DNA of 43,706 nt from an uncultured virus (IMG/VR IMGVR_UViG_3300001282_000003) (Duplodnaviria; Heunggongvirae; Uroviricota; Caudoviricetes): the IMG/VR virus record IMGVR_UViG_3300001282_000003; one strand, written 5' to 3'. Position numbers and translations under genes: made by a program. Below the pieces are notes generated by a model. It saw nothing but the letters and a program-made list of their open reading frames with translations. It made no database searches and was not told the origin of the DNA. This document shows, piece after piece, positions 1 to 9,249 of the stretch. Numbering within the stretch: the stretch's first letter is position 1; each line of letters starts with the position of its first letter.

Positions 1-1
1 T

Positions 2-481
2 TACTTTAATCAAATATGGAAACCACTTCCAAATAACTTAGATGTTATACATCGCATAAATAAATTCAATAAGATTTATGCTAAACAATTATTCAAGTTA
101 GAACCATTGAAGTTCGAGGTAAGAGTATTCTCACCAAAGTGGAAAATAGCTGGAATGATTGACTCTTTATTTTTATATAGAGGTAAGATTTACATTCTTG
201 ACTGGAAAACTAATAAAGATTTTACAGATGATAATCATCCTAAAGGAATCTATGAGAAATTACTTGCTCCTTTTCAAGACCATTTCAAAAATCATCTTAA
301 TGAATACTCAATACAACTTTCACTTTACTCACTTATCTTAGAAGAGTGGGGCTTTCAAGTAGGTGGTGCTTACATTGTTCACATTGGACCAGGAGATGAA
401 GATGCTGAATTATATAAAGTAGTTGATATGAGAGACAATCTAAAATTATTCTTAAATGGATCTATACAAGAGTCTAATTAA
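2..481 (+). CDS. PD-(D/E)XK exonuclease (Cas4/RecB-like), 5'-truncated by the window edge
   Basis: Frame is open from base 2. Motifs E..VFS...IAGMIDSLF...IYILDWKT and QLSLY are typical of phage PD-(D/E)XK nucleases. Confidence 0.8.
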   Translation, partial: YFNQIWKPLPNNLDVIHRINKFNKIYAKQLFKLEPLKFEVRVFSPKWKIAGMIDSLFLYRGKIYILDWKTNKDFTDDNHPKGIYEKLLAPFQDHFKNHLNEYSIQLSLYSLILEEWGFQVGGAYIVHIGPGDEDAELYKVVDMRDNLKLFLNGSIQESN

Positions 482-761
482 TGACGATGAATTCTTAGAT
501 TACTTCTGTGATGTCTTAGAGGATAACATTTCCGAAAAAGCAAAATATAAAGTTAGTATTGGTTTTAAGAAACATGACATGTCTATATTCTTTTTTATAG
601 ATGGTTCATCTATATTACAGGTTATGCCTGATAAGGATTTACAATACACATATGCTAATGTTCCTTCTTATGAAGATGAAATACAACATTCGATTAATAT
701 TATTGAGAAACAATATAAACGAGATAAAACGATAGAAGATATCATAAAAAAAGAGAGTTAA
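456..761 (+). CDS. hypothetical protein with shared C-terminal tag
   Basis: 101 aa, overlaps the upstream stop, ends YKRDKTIEDIIKKES. Confidence 0.7.
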   Translation: MDLYKSLINDDEFLDYFCDVLEDNISEKAKYKVSIGFKKHDMSIFFFIDGSSILQVMPDKDLQYTYANVPSYEDEIQHSINIIEKQYKRDKTIEDIIKKES

Positions 762-779
762 ATATTTAACTCTCTTTTT
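748..779. terminator. bidirectional intrinsic terminator
   Basis: Perfect 32-bp palindrome AAAAAGAGAGTTAAAT/ATTTAACTCTCTTTTT between convergent genes. Confidence 0.85.
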
Positions 780-799
780 GTTTATAGATATTTTACAGA

Positions 800-1288
800 T
801 TAGATTTGTGGACCTACAGCTTCACCTGAAACAGTTTCAACTTCAGTGTAGTACACACCTTTTTCTTTAATAACTTCTAAGATTTGCTCAGTAGCATCGA
901 TGTTATCTGTATTAAAAATAACTTCCATTTTACCCATAACCAAATTGATTGAATTAGCAGTAGCCCATTCTTCAACAATAACTGCTAGTTGTTCAAAAAC
1001 ATTTGTATTTAATTCATCAGACATTTCTTTAAGTTTTCTTTTAAAGTCTTGGTCTAATTTCATTAATTTGTCTTGGATTTGTCTAAATGCTTCCATATCT
1101 CTTTTTTGAGATGCTTCATCCAGTACTAAATCTGATTGAGATCTTTTAATGATAGTTTCCATTTCCTTTTTATCAGGATCTATACTTTCTAACATTTTTC
1201 TTTTTTCAGATTCGATTTGTTTGTAACCTTCAACATATGGTTGAAAGTTTCTTGTTAAAACTTCAAAGTCTATTACTCTTAATTCCAT
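800..1288 (-). CDS. OmpH/Skp-family chaperone-like protein without signal peptide
   Basis: N-terminal RVIDFEVL..NFQPY, long coiled coil, C-terminal IVEEWATANSINLVM...VIF..DNIDATEQILEVI matches the Skp/OmpH layout. Confidence 0.7.
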   Translation of the reverse strand: MELRVIDFEVLTRNFQPYVEGYKQIESEKRKMLESIDPDKKEMETIIKRSQSDLVLDEASQKRDMEAFRQIQDKLMKLDQDFKRKLKEMSDELNTNVFEQLAVIVEEWATANSINLVMGKMEVIFNTDNIDATEQILEVIKEKGVYYTEVETVSGEAVGPQI

Positions 1289-1305
1289 TTAAAATATTTT
1301 TTCTT

Positions 1306-1334
1306 ATTATAGATTAAATAGGTAAAAATGTTTA
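1306..1334 (-). promoter_or_regulatory. putative phage promoter TAAAC-N18-TATAAT
   Basis: Same bipartite motif with exact 18-nt spacer also lies upstream of ORFs 3541, 20551(-) and 30444. Confidence 0.6.
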
Positions 1335-1342
1335 ATGATTAT

Positions 1343-1894
1343 TTAAGAAAGAAGATAGTCAATAGCCACTTTATATCTATTAACTAGATTAGTTTCCTCT
1401 GATGCTTGAGGATTTTCAATATTTACTATTACACTTGATGTTGCTCCAAGCTTAGTAACTTCTAAATAAGTAACTCTTGTACCAATCAATTTAGCGTATT
1501 GTTTATTTTGTAAATAATATTTAGCGTCTTCTGAGAGTTGATCCATTTCTAGAATCTTACCAAGATTCTGATTATTATTATCTCTGAAAATATTAAATCC
1601 CATTTGATAAACACCCTTTGTATCTAAAGCTTTTTTAATTTTTTTAGAAACGGGTGTGTTTGTTTGAAATAATATCTCTTCCCAAGTTTTATTTTTAACA
1701 TCTGCTATACTAGAATAATCTTTTATGTCAATTTGATAACTATAAAATAAAGTTAATTCAAGGTAATTATAATCACCTTTAGAGATTAAATCATCTATTA
1801 TTTTATGATACTCATAGATTTGTTCTCTACCTTTTGTAGCTAACTTATCTATTTGATTAAATATCTTTTGAATTTTCTTTTTATCTGGACTCAT
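1343..1894 (-). CDS. hypothetical protein (late class)
   Basis: 183 aa ORF; AATATATA box (1899-1906) 4 nt upstream of ATG. Confidence 0.75.
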   Translation of the reverse strand: MSPDKKKIQKIFNQIDKLATKGREQIYEYHKIIDDLISKGDYNYLELTLFYSYQIDIKDYSSIADVKNKTWEEILFQTNTPVSKKIKKALDTKGVYQMGFNIFRDNNNQNLGKILEMDQLSEDAKYYLQNKQYAKLIGTRVTYLEVTKLGATSSVIVNIENPQASEETNLVNRYKVAIDYLLS

Positions 1895-1904
1895 AATTTA
1901 TATA

Positions 1905-2345
1905 TTAATCTTCTACTCCGTCTTCATCATGACTAGAGTGTTGTATATGACAAACGATAGAAAACATAGAAGATTCAGCAAATGAAAACTCTGGTTCAAA
2001 TCCTACTGTATATCCCATTGAGTTTAGTCTTTCTTTAATATCATCTAGTAATGAAAATAAATTAGTCATCTCTTTACTCATTGCTAGTAAATCGGTACAA
2101 CCCCAAGTATTACCAGCGTCAATCCAACCAAATGAATTTTGAGATTCTTTCTTTAAATCAAAGTGGTATTTACCATAGTTACCCAAAGTGTTTGAGCCGT
2201 TGCTATAAAACTTATCAATATATCCTAGGTCAAAAACTTCAATAAATATTTCCTTTATATCTTCTACACTTAGATATTCAACTTTAGATTCAAATGTTTT
2301 GAAGTCTAATATATTACGCTCCTGCTGCTGCTTCACCGCCACCAA
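1905..2345 (-). CDS. hypothetical putative head-internal protein; start uncertain (GTG at 2336 plausible)
   Basis: Near-N-terminal ILDFKTFES motif; no ATG upstream of the motif; overlaps the preceding gene. Confidence 0.6.
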   Translation of the reverse strand: MVAVKQQQERNILDFKTFESKVEYLSVEDIKEIFIEVFDLGYIDKFYSNGSNTLGNYGKYHFDLKKESQNSFGWIDAGNTWGCTDLLAMSKEMTNLFSLLDDIKERLNSMGYTVGFEPEFSFAESSMFSIVCHIQHSSHDEDGVED

Positions 2346-3438
2346 TTATTTTATCAATCTCGGCAACTTTGTCTTTGTTAGCTTCATCGGAAATAAAGTC
2401 AACGAAAGTTCCTACTTTCTTTATGTTTTCCGGGTTCTTGGTTTTTAAATCACCTAGTTTTTTAACTAAGTCTTCTTGACCTTCTGCTTTTACTTCTTCA
2501 GTCTTCATAAGTATATCACCCATTGTCTTAGTAAAATCAGCTCCTTCAAATGATACTTTATCTCCTTCTATTTTAGAAATCTTTTTAATACCAATTGCTT
2601 CAGCCTGAAGTTCTTTCATCTTACCTTCATTTGGTTTCTTCTTATCATCATCTGTTAAGGCATCCCATTTAGCTTGGTCAAACTTCTCTCTTTTATAAAC
2701 TACATTATCTCCTACTTTATATCCACCTTCTGGACCAGCCTCAGGTACCGGTATTTTTCTAGATTCTAAATTTTTATTAACCTCTTCCTCTGTAATAGCA
2801 TCTGCGAATTTATCAAGTTGAGGAAAAAGTGTTTTCTCACACCAGTTAACAATAGCATCTTTTTTCTTTTTACCATCAGTAGCAGCAGTTAATAACTTTT
2901 TAACATCTGGTAAGTGAGTCATATCTTTCAAATCAATATTAATTTTCTTAGGATCTACTTTACCATCTGTTGATGCTCCGAATTTATATTGAACAATAGC
3001 CTTGGTTCTAATTGTGTTAAAGAAATATTCAAATGTTGCGTACTGAGAGCTTGCTGGTTCACCTTCTTGTGGTGGATAAGCTTTCTTCAAAGTTTCGTAA
3101 AGTGGAGCTAATCCTTGTTTACCTAAAACTCCAGTTTCTGGATTTAAGATACTATCAACTAATGTTAATGCGTCTTGATCATTTGCCTCTGGTTTCTTTT
3201 TGAACTCATCCATAACATTCTTGAATAAGTAGTTATTATCGGCTGGGTTAAACGGATTATCAGCAATCCAATCTTTAACCTCTGTTGTATCAGGATCTTC
3301 TCCTAATTTTTTCAACTCCTCCATTGCTTTAGTCCACAAACCTTTAAAAAAGTTTATAACACCACCTAACAACTCTTCATTAATAGGTTCTAAATTTTTA
3401 GATGTTCTGTGTGATTCAAATGTTTTTACATATTTCAT
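2314..3438 (-). CDS. putative virion internal protein
   Basis: ATG at 3438 gives MKYVKTFESH (T4 internal-protein-like N-terminus), then INEE and an amphipathic helix; AATATATA at 3463-3470. Confidence 0.65.
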   Translation of the reverse strand: MKYVKTFESHRTSKNLEPINEELLGGVINFFKGLWTKAMEELKKLGEDPDTTEVKDWIADNPFNPADNNYLFKNVMDEFKKKPEANDQDALTLVDSILNPETGVLGKQGLAPLYETLKKAYPPQEGEPASSQYATFEYFFNTIRTKAIVQYKFGASTDGKVDPKKINIDLKDMTHLPDVKKLLTAATDGKKKKDAIVNWCEKTLFPQLDKFADAITEEEVNKNLESRKIPVPEAGPEGGYKVGDNVVYKREKFDQAKWDALTDDDKKKPNEGKMKELQAEAIGIKKISKIEGDKVSFEGADFTKTMGDILMKTEEVKAEGQEDLVKKLGDLKTKNPENIKKVGTFVDFISDEANKDKVAEIDKIIGGGEAAAGA

Positions 3439-3491
3439 AATATACAATTTATTTCTATGATTTATATATTATTTTTTCATTTTCATTTTAT

Positions 3492-3520
3492 TAAACCAAA
3501 TACCTAAATTTTCATATAAA
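3492..3520 (+). promoter_or_regulatory. putative phage promoter TAAAC-N18-TATAAA
   Basis: TAAAC caaatacctaaattttca TATAAA at the head of the metabolic operon. Confidence 0.6.
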
Positions 3521-3540
3521 CTTCAAATAATTAAATTATA

Positions 3541-4017
3541 ATGGAAAAAATCGATTCACTCAATCAAGTTGCTGAATTTCACAGAACTTTTAACGCACCA
3601 ATCTTAGACACACCTCAAATCCCATCTGAACAAAGATGTCAACTTCGTGTATCTCTTTTACAAGAAGAGTTAGACGAATTAGCTCAAGCTCTTAAAGACA
3701 AAGATATTGTTGAAGTTGCTGATGCTCTTTGTGATATTCAATATGTACTTTCTGGTGCTGTATTGGAATTTGGCTTAGGAGATAAATTCGTAGACTTATT
3801 CAATGAGGTTCAAAGAAGTAATATGTCTAAAGCTTGTTCAACTGAAGAAGAAGCTCAAAAAACTTTAGAACATTACAAACAAAAAGATGGTACAGAAGGC
3901 TACTATAAAGAAATAAATGGTAAGTGGTTAGTTTACAGAACATCAGATGATAAAGTTCTTAAATCTATCAACTACTCACCAGCTGACTTGATTTGGCAAT
4001 TAAAAAAATATATTTAA
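3541..4017 (+). CDS. MazG-like all-alpha NTP pyrophosphohydrolase
   Basis: VAEFHRTF, LLQEELDEL, EVADALCDIQYV, EVQRSNMSK, KVLKS..YSP motifs. Confidence 0.88.
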   Translation: MEKIDSLNQVAEFHRTFNAPILDTPQIPSEQRCQLRVSLLQEELDELAQALKDKDIVEVADALCDIQYVLSGAVLEFGLGDKFVDLFNEVQRSNMSKACSTEEEAQKTLEHYKQKDGTEGYYKEINGKWLVYRTSDDKVLKSINYSPADLIWQLKKYI

Positions 4018-4018
4018 A

Positions 4019-5041
4019 ATGAAAACAATTTTAATAACAGGAGGAGCAGGGTATATTGGATCACACACAGTTGTAGAACTGCTAAAAAATCCTGAGTATG
4101 ATGTTATTATAATTGATAACTTTTCAAACTCAAATCCTGAAATCATTAATCGACTTTATGACTTAGTAAAAAGACCAATTAAAATCTATCATAGAGATTG
4201 TAGAGATCAGATGGATGATATTTTATCTGAACACAAAGTAGATTCTATTATTCACTTTGCTGCTTATAAAGCTGTTGGTGAATCAGTTGAAAGTCCTATT
4301 CAATACTATGATAATAATATCAATTCTTTATTGAATATGTTAGATACGGCTAAACATTTCGGTATTAAAAACTTTGTATTCTCTTCTTCTTGTTCACTTT
4401 ATGGTAATCTAAAAGAACTACCCGCAACTGAAGAATCTTCTTTATCTGAACCAGAATCACCTTATGCTTATACTAAATTAATAGGTGAACAAATTCTTAA
4501 AGACTTCTCAAAAGTTAATCCTGACTTTAAGATTGTTTCTTTAAGATACTTTAATCCAGTTGGTGCTCACGAATCTGGTTTGATTGGTGAATCACCGATT
4601 AACAAACCAAATAACATCTTGCCTGTAATTTGTAACTCTGCTGAAACTGGTGAAGAGATGATGGTATTTGGTAGTGATTATGAAACAAGAGATGGTTCTT
4701 GTATTAGAGATTATGTTCATGTTTCTGATATCGCTGAAGCTCATGTTAAAGCATTTGAATATTTAATAAGTGATAACTCTTTAAGTTATGATGTTTATAA
4801 CTTAGGATTAGGAATAGGTAATAGATTTGAATCTAATGGATTGTCTGTACTTGAAGTTATTAATGCCTTTGAAAGAGTTAATAATGTTAAAGTTAATTAT
4901 AAAATAGGTGATAGAAGAAGTGGTGATGTTGTTGAAATATACTCTAACTCAACTAAAGCCAGAAAAATAGGATGGAAGCCAGTAAGAACAGTTGATGATA
5001 TGGTATCAAGTGCTTGGAAGTGGCATAAAAATAAAATATAA
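4019..5041 (+). CDS. galE: UDP-glucose 4-epimerase
   Basis: ITGGAGYIGSHT, HFAAYKAVGESV, YAYTK (YxxxK), LRYFNPVGAH, RDYVHV. Confidence 0.95.
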   Translation: MKTILITGGAGYIGSHTVVELLKNPEYDVIIIDNFSNSNPEIINRLYDLVKRPIKIYHRDCRDQMDDILSEHKVDSIIHFAAYKAVGESVESPIQYYDNNINSLLNMLDTAKHFGIKNFVFSSSCSLYGNLKELPATEESSLSEPESPYAYTKLIGEQILKDFSKVNPDFKIVSLRYFNPVGAHESGLIGESPINKPNNILPVICNSAETGEEMMVFGSDYETRDGSCIRDYVHVSDIAEAHVKAFEYLISDNSLSYDVYNLGLGIGNRFESNGLSVLEVINAFERVNNVKVNYKIGDRRSGDVVEIYSNSTKARKIGWKPVRTVDDMVSSAWKWHKNKI

Positions 5042-5044
5042 AAT

Positions 5045-5890
5045 ATGAATATTGGAATTATAGGACAAGGATTTGTCGGTAGTGCTGTATATGAAGGAAT
5101 GAAAAATTACTTTGAAACTTACACATTTGATTTAAATGGAAAATGTACAGAACAATCATTGTTTAGTTTAATAGAAAAATCTGATATGACTTTTCTTTGT
5201 TTACCAACACCAATGAGAAAAACAGGAGAATGTGATTTATCAATTGTTAGAAATTGTCTCTCTCAAATAGATTTGATTGTTAAATCATTAGATAAAAAAG
5301 ATTTTATTGTTATTATAAAATCAACAGTTCCACCTGGGACAACAGAATTACTAAATAAGGAAAATGAAAACATACATATTGTTTTCAATCCAGAATTCTT
5401 AACAGAAGCTAATGCGGTTGAGGATTATAAGAATCAAAATAGAATTATTGTTGGTGGTGATAGACCATATACATCTAAAGTAAAAAATGTATTTGAGAAA
5501 GCTTTTCCACAAGTTACAATTGTTAAAACAAGTTCTACAATTGCTGAGATGATTAAGTATGTAACAAATACTTTCTTAGCAACTAAAGTTTCTTTTGCTA
5601 ATGAGATGTATCAAATTTGTCAAGGATTGGATATTGATTATGATAAAGTAATTGAATATGCTCGTTATGATAACCGATTAGGAAATTCACATTGGTCAGT
5701 ACCAGGACCAGATGGTGACTTTGGATATGGTGGTCATTGTTTCCCTAAAGACATTGCGGCTTTACAATATGTAGCTAAAGAAATGAATGTTTCTACTACT
5801 GTGTTAAATGCTTCAATTGAAAAGAATAAAGAAGTTAGAACTGATAAAGATTGGGAAAAACAAATCGGAAGAGCTGTCTCAGAAGATTAA
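5045..5890 (+). CDS. UDP-glucose/GDP-mannose dehydrogenase family protein (short form, no C-terminal UDP-binding domain)
   Basis: GQGFVG, LPTP, KSTVPPGT, FNPEFL, AEMIKYVTNTFLATK, GYGGHCFPKD; only 281 aa. Confidence 0.9.
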   Translation: MNIGIIGQGFVGSAVYEGMKNYFETYTFDLNGKCTEQSLFSLIEKSDMTFLCLPTPMRKTGECDLSIVRNCLSQIDLIVKSLDKKDFIVIIKSTVPPGTTELLNKENENIHIVFNPEFLTEANAVEDYKNQNRIIVGGDRPYTSKVKNVFEKAFPQVTIVKTSSTIAEMIKYVTNTFLATKVSFANEMYQICQGLDIDYDKVIEYARYDNRLGNSHWSVPGPDGDFGYGGHCFPKDIAALQYVAKEMNVSTTVLNASIEKNKEVRTDKDWEKQIGRAVSED

Positions 5891-5891
5891 T

Positions 5892-5923
5892 TTTGGCTAA
5901 AATAAAAATTGTTTGTATATTTG
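5892..5923 (+). promoter_or_regulatory. Bacteroidetes primary-sigma-type promoter
   Basis: TTTG (5892-5895), 20 nt, TATATTTG (5916-5923), then 4 nt to ATG at 5928. Confidence 0.75.
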
Positions 5924-5927
5924 TAAC

Positions 5928-6290
5928 ATGAACATTTCCAACCACGAGAAGAAAAGACGACAACATGAGAAAGAGTTGAAGTCTTTTAGAAATAAAATGG
6001 GTAAACATATTGTTTGGTTTGATTCTTTATCAAAGACCAAGCAATATGATTTGCTATTTGGTTGGAAAAGAGAGAAGAATTCTAACAAGTTACAAGCACC
6101 GGAAGAGAAAACAATCCTGAGACCTGCTTATGTTGGTTATAGAAGAAAGATGGTAAAACAAAAAATTACTTCTTATCCATCATCACTTAAACACTTTATA
6201 GTTAAGTGTAGAGTGAATCCTCAATTTCAACCACATAGAACAAGAGTTAGGGATGCGGCTATTGATATACTTTTAAATAGTAAAAAATAA
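5928..6290 (+). CDS. basic hypothetical protein with shared C-terminal tag
   Basis: ATG at 5928 directly after the promoter; ends VRDAAIDILLNSKK. Confidence 0.7.
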   Translation: MNISNHEKKRRQHEKELKSFRNKMGKHIVWFDSLSKTKQYDLLFGWKREKNSNKLQAPEEKTILRPAYVGYRRKMVKQKITSYPSSLKHFIVKCRVNPQFQPHRTRVRDAAIDILLNSKK

Positions 6291-6305
6291 TAAAAAACAA
6301 CATAT

Positions 6306-7268
6306 ATGAAAATTTTCAGCGGATCATCAAGTCAAGAATTAACAAACCAGATTTGTCAAATTCTAAACAAAGAACAACAACGTTTCTCTTCAATGGGTAT
6401 TGTTGAACAAGAAATTATCCCAGGTAAATTAAAAATTGATAAATTCTCAGATGGTGAAATTCTACCATTATTTCAAGAATCTGTCAGAGACGAAGATGTC
6501 TTCCTTGTACAAACAACAAACAGTTCAGATAACATAATGGAAACATTATTAGTTATTGATGCTGCTAAAAGAGCTGGTTGTAAATCATTTACATTAGTTG
6601 CTCCTTTTCAAGCTTACTCTCGTCAAGATAAAACAGACCATCTTCGTTCTTCAATTGGCTCTAAAGTATTAGCCGATATTTTAACCACGGCTGGTATGAC
6701 ACGAGTAATGACTATTGACTTACACGCTTCTGCTATTCAAGGTTTTTATAATGTGCCTGTTATTCACTTGAATGGTAACAAAATCTTTATTGATTACATC
6801 AAAGAACATCAAATTGAAGACCTAACAATTGTTGCTCCCGACCAAGGTGCTGTTAAAAGAGCTTCTGACTTCTGTAAAGCTTTCCCAGATGCTTCATTCG
6901 CAATGATTAATAAGAAAAGAATTAAACCAAATGAGATTCATTCAATGGAACTTGTTGGTGATGTCACTGGTCGTAATGTTATCATTGTTGATGATATGGC
7001 TGATACCTTAGGAACTATGTGTAAAGCCGCTGAACTTCTTATGGAGAAAGGTGCGAAGTCTGTTAGAGCGATTGCTACTCACGGTATTCTAAGTGGTAAG
7101 GCTTATACAAACTTAGAGTCTTCAGTTTTAACTGAGTTATTAGTATCTGATTCTATTCCAGCAAAATTGTCACCTAAGTTGAAAGTTATTTCTTGTGATA
7201 ACATTATTGCTAGGTCTATCTGGGGTTTAGTTAACAAGAAAAGTATCCACGAATTAAACTCAATCTAA
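6306..7268 (+). CDS. prs: ribose-phosphate pyrophosphokinase
   Basis: FSDGEI, YSRQDK, DLHA..IQGF, VAPDQGAVKRA, IIVDDMADTLGT, ATHGILSG. Confidence 0.95.
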   Translation: MKIFSGSSSQELTNQICQILNKEQQRFSSMGIVEQEIIPGKLKIDKFSDGEILPLFQESVRDEDVFLVQTTNSSDNIMETLLVIDAAKRAGCKSFTLVAPFQAYSRQDKTDHLRSSIGSKVLADILTTAGMTRVMTIDLHASAIQGFYNVPVIHLNGNKIFIDYIKEHQIEDLTIVAPDQGAVKRASDFCKAFPDASFAMINKKRIKPNEIHSMELVGDVTGRNVIIVDDMADTLGTMCKAAELLMEKGAKSVRAIATHGILSGKAYTNLESSVLTELLVSDSIPAKLSPKLKVISCDNIIARSIWGLVNKKSIHELNSI

Positions 7269-7597
7269 TGTTAGACGATACAGATAATTATATAAAAGAT
7301 AATCTTCAAAATATCATTGATGGTAAGTTTGATGATAAGTTTTCAAAAGAACAATTAAAGATGATGTTAGAAATGTCATTTTTATATAATCATATTAGTG
7401 TTGAAAATGATTCAGTTATATTTGAGTATGATAGTCAGGAATTAAAAATCTCAGGTATTAATGACCTTGTACATTCAATACCAACCGGTATAGATTATAA
7501 AAATCAAATATTTTCAACGATTAAAAGTGATGTAGTTTTCAAATCGGCTCTTACTCAATTTTTGAGAGATAAAAAAATTAATGAAATATTAGAATGA
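7268..7597 (+). CDS. hypothetical protein with shared C-terminal tag
   Basis: TAATG overlap with prs; ends FLRDKKINEILE. Confidence 0.7.
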   Translation: MLDDTDNYIKDNLQNIIDGKFDDKFSKEQLKMMLEMSFLYNHISVENDSVIFEYDSQELKISGINDLVHSIPTGIDYKNQIFSTIKSDVVFKSALTQFLRDKKINEILE

Positions 7598-7962
7598 AAG
7601 TATTTTTAATAGACATAGACGGAACTTGTTGTGATGATATAATGAACGAAGATGCTCATTTATATCCAACAGCTAAAGTGATTGAAGGATCACTTGAACA
7701 AATTAATAAGTGGTATGAAGAAGGTAATCATATCACTTTCTTTACTGCTCGAGAATCAAAAGATAGAGAAGTTACAATCAAATGGTTAGATGATAACGGT
7801 TTTAAGTACCATGGTTTGGTAACTGATAAACCAAGATGTATAAACCCAGAAGATGAATATGTTTGGGTTGATAATAGAAAAGTAAGAGGTATTACATATA
7901 ATTCAGTTTGGGGCGATCTCAAAGAAGTGAATAAAAAAATTTTAACATTTGGAGATGAATGA
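7594..7962 (+). CDS. small HAD-superfamily phosphatase
   Basis: LIDIDGT motif I, FFTAR motif II, KPR, WVDN. Confidence 0.85.
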   Translation: MKVFLIDIDGTCCDDIMNEDAHLYPTAKVIEGSLEQINKWYEEGNHITFFTARESKDREVTIKWLDDNGFKYHGLVTDKPRCINPEDEYVWVDNRKVRGITYNSVWGDLKEVNKKILTFGDE

Positions 7963-8608
7963 TTTTAAAAATTTAGGAATTAAATACGGTACAGATAAAG
8001 TAAATCCGCATGGTTATAACTTTTTCTACCCTAGATACTTAGAGCCTTTTAGAGGTGATGAATTTAACATGCTTGAAATTGGATATCTAAAAGGTCATTC
8101 TTGTAGAATGTGGCAAGAATATTTTCCTAAAGCAAATATATTCGCAATGGACATAAATATAGAAGGTAGATTTGAAAATCATACAGTATTTAAAGGTGAC
8201 CAATCAAATATAAATGACTTAAATAGAGTCTCTAATGAAATAGGTTCAGCTAAATTTATTATTGATGATGGTAGCCATCAACCCACACATCAAATAGAAA
8301 CCTTTAATTTTTTATTTAAGAATCTATTAGAACCAGGTGGTGTTTATATAATCGAGGATATTGAGTGTAACTATTGGGATGAGGAATCTTCAATATATGG
8401 ATATAAAATAGGTTTATTCAATGCCATCGATTATACAAAAAAACTAATAGATTATGTGAATAGTGAGTTTTCAAAAAAAGAAAATAAACTAAAAATATCG
8501 TCAATTACTTATGCTCAAAATTGTATAATAATCACAAAACAAACCAAAGAAGAAGAAATCTATTTCAATAGAAATTATAGATTCTCAAACTGTCTAAAAT
8601 ATAACTAA
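7949..8608 (+). CDS. class I SAM-dependent (sugar O-)methyltransferase
   Basis: GTDK..HGY...Y, MLEIG, AMDIN, GDQS, IIDDGSH, GGVYIIED; start may be the ATG at 7955. Confidence 0.8.
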   Translation: MEMNDFKNLGIKYGTDKVNPHGYNFFYPRYLEPFRGDEFNMLEIGYLKGHSCRMWQEYFPKANIFAMDINIEGRFENHTVFKGDQSNINDLNRVSNEIGSAKFIIDDGSHQPTHQIETFNFLFKNLLEPGGVYIIEDIECNYWDEESSIYGYKIGLFNAIDYTKKLIDYVNSEFSKKENKLKISSITYAQNCIIITKQTKEEEIYFNRNYRFSNCLKYN

Positions 8609-9249
8609 TGAGTTACTTAAATGAAATAAAAGCTTATATGAGAGATATCAATCTTGACATCCTAATGAATTGTCCGGATGTCAAGATTGATATTTCCAAA
8701 AGATACTATAATAAGTTTAGACTTTTTTACCCAAGTCGTAAGCTTATTAAATACACTACCGAAATTGGTGGTGTCTTGGTTGGATCAAGAGCAATTCGTT
8801 GCTTTACAATTGATGGTAAGCCAATTCTTGAGAGAAGAGTAAATGATTGGGATTTTATTGTTACTCTTGATATGGCATTTAAGATTTGTGATGATATGGG
8901 AATTGAAGAAATTCCACAAATTGATGGTGTGATAAGTGTTAAGAATCAAAGAAGATGGGCTCACCCAGACTATCAAAGTGCTTACAGAGTTGGACCAGTT
9001 GATGTTCAGTTGATTGTAAAAGAAGAACTGCCTGATTATACAGAGGTTGATGGGGTTAGAATTGCTAACTTTGGTTATTCTGTTTCACAAAAGATTGGAT
9101 TGACTACTGATTTACAAAGTAAATTGAGTGGTAAAACTCCAAACCATAGAGTACCTGAAAGTATAGATGAGCAATATCACAAACACATTTCTGATATGAA
9201 AGAAATGATTATAAAATTTAATAGTTTAAAATGGAAACAACCAGCTTAG
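8608..9249 (+). CDS. putative Pol-beta-superfamily nucleotidyltransferase
   Basis: VLVGSRAI...RRVNDWDFIV (hGS...DxD) and later VDVQL. Confidence 0.5.
   Translation: MSYLNEIKAYMRDINLDILMNCPDVKIDISKRYYNKFRLFYPSRKLIKYTTEIGGVLVGSRAIRCFTIDGKPILERRVNDWDFIVTLDMAFKICDDMGIEEIPQIDGVISVKNQRRWAHPDYQSAYRVGPVDVQLIVKEELPDYTEVDGVRIANFGYSVSQKIGLTTDLQSKLSGKTPNHRVPESIDEQYHKHISDMKEMIIKFNSLKWKQPA

Noticed and set aside
2..481. Cas4-like nuclease as part of a CRISPR-Cas locus
   Set aside because: No cas1/cas2 genes and no repeat-spacer array were seen; stand-alone PD-(D/E)XK nucleases are common in phages.
6306..7268. Prs as the Adps component of a NARP1 NAD-reconstitution pathway
   Set aside because: No Nampt/Namat-like gene is adjacent or in the window, and the protein is full length with canonical Prs motifs.
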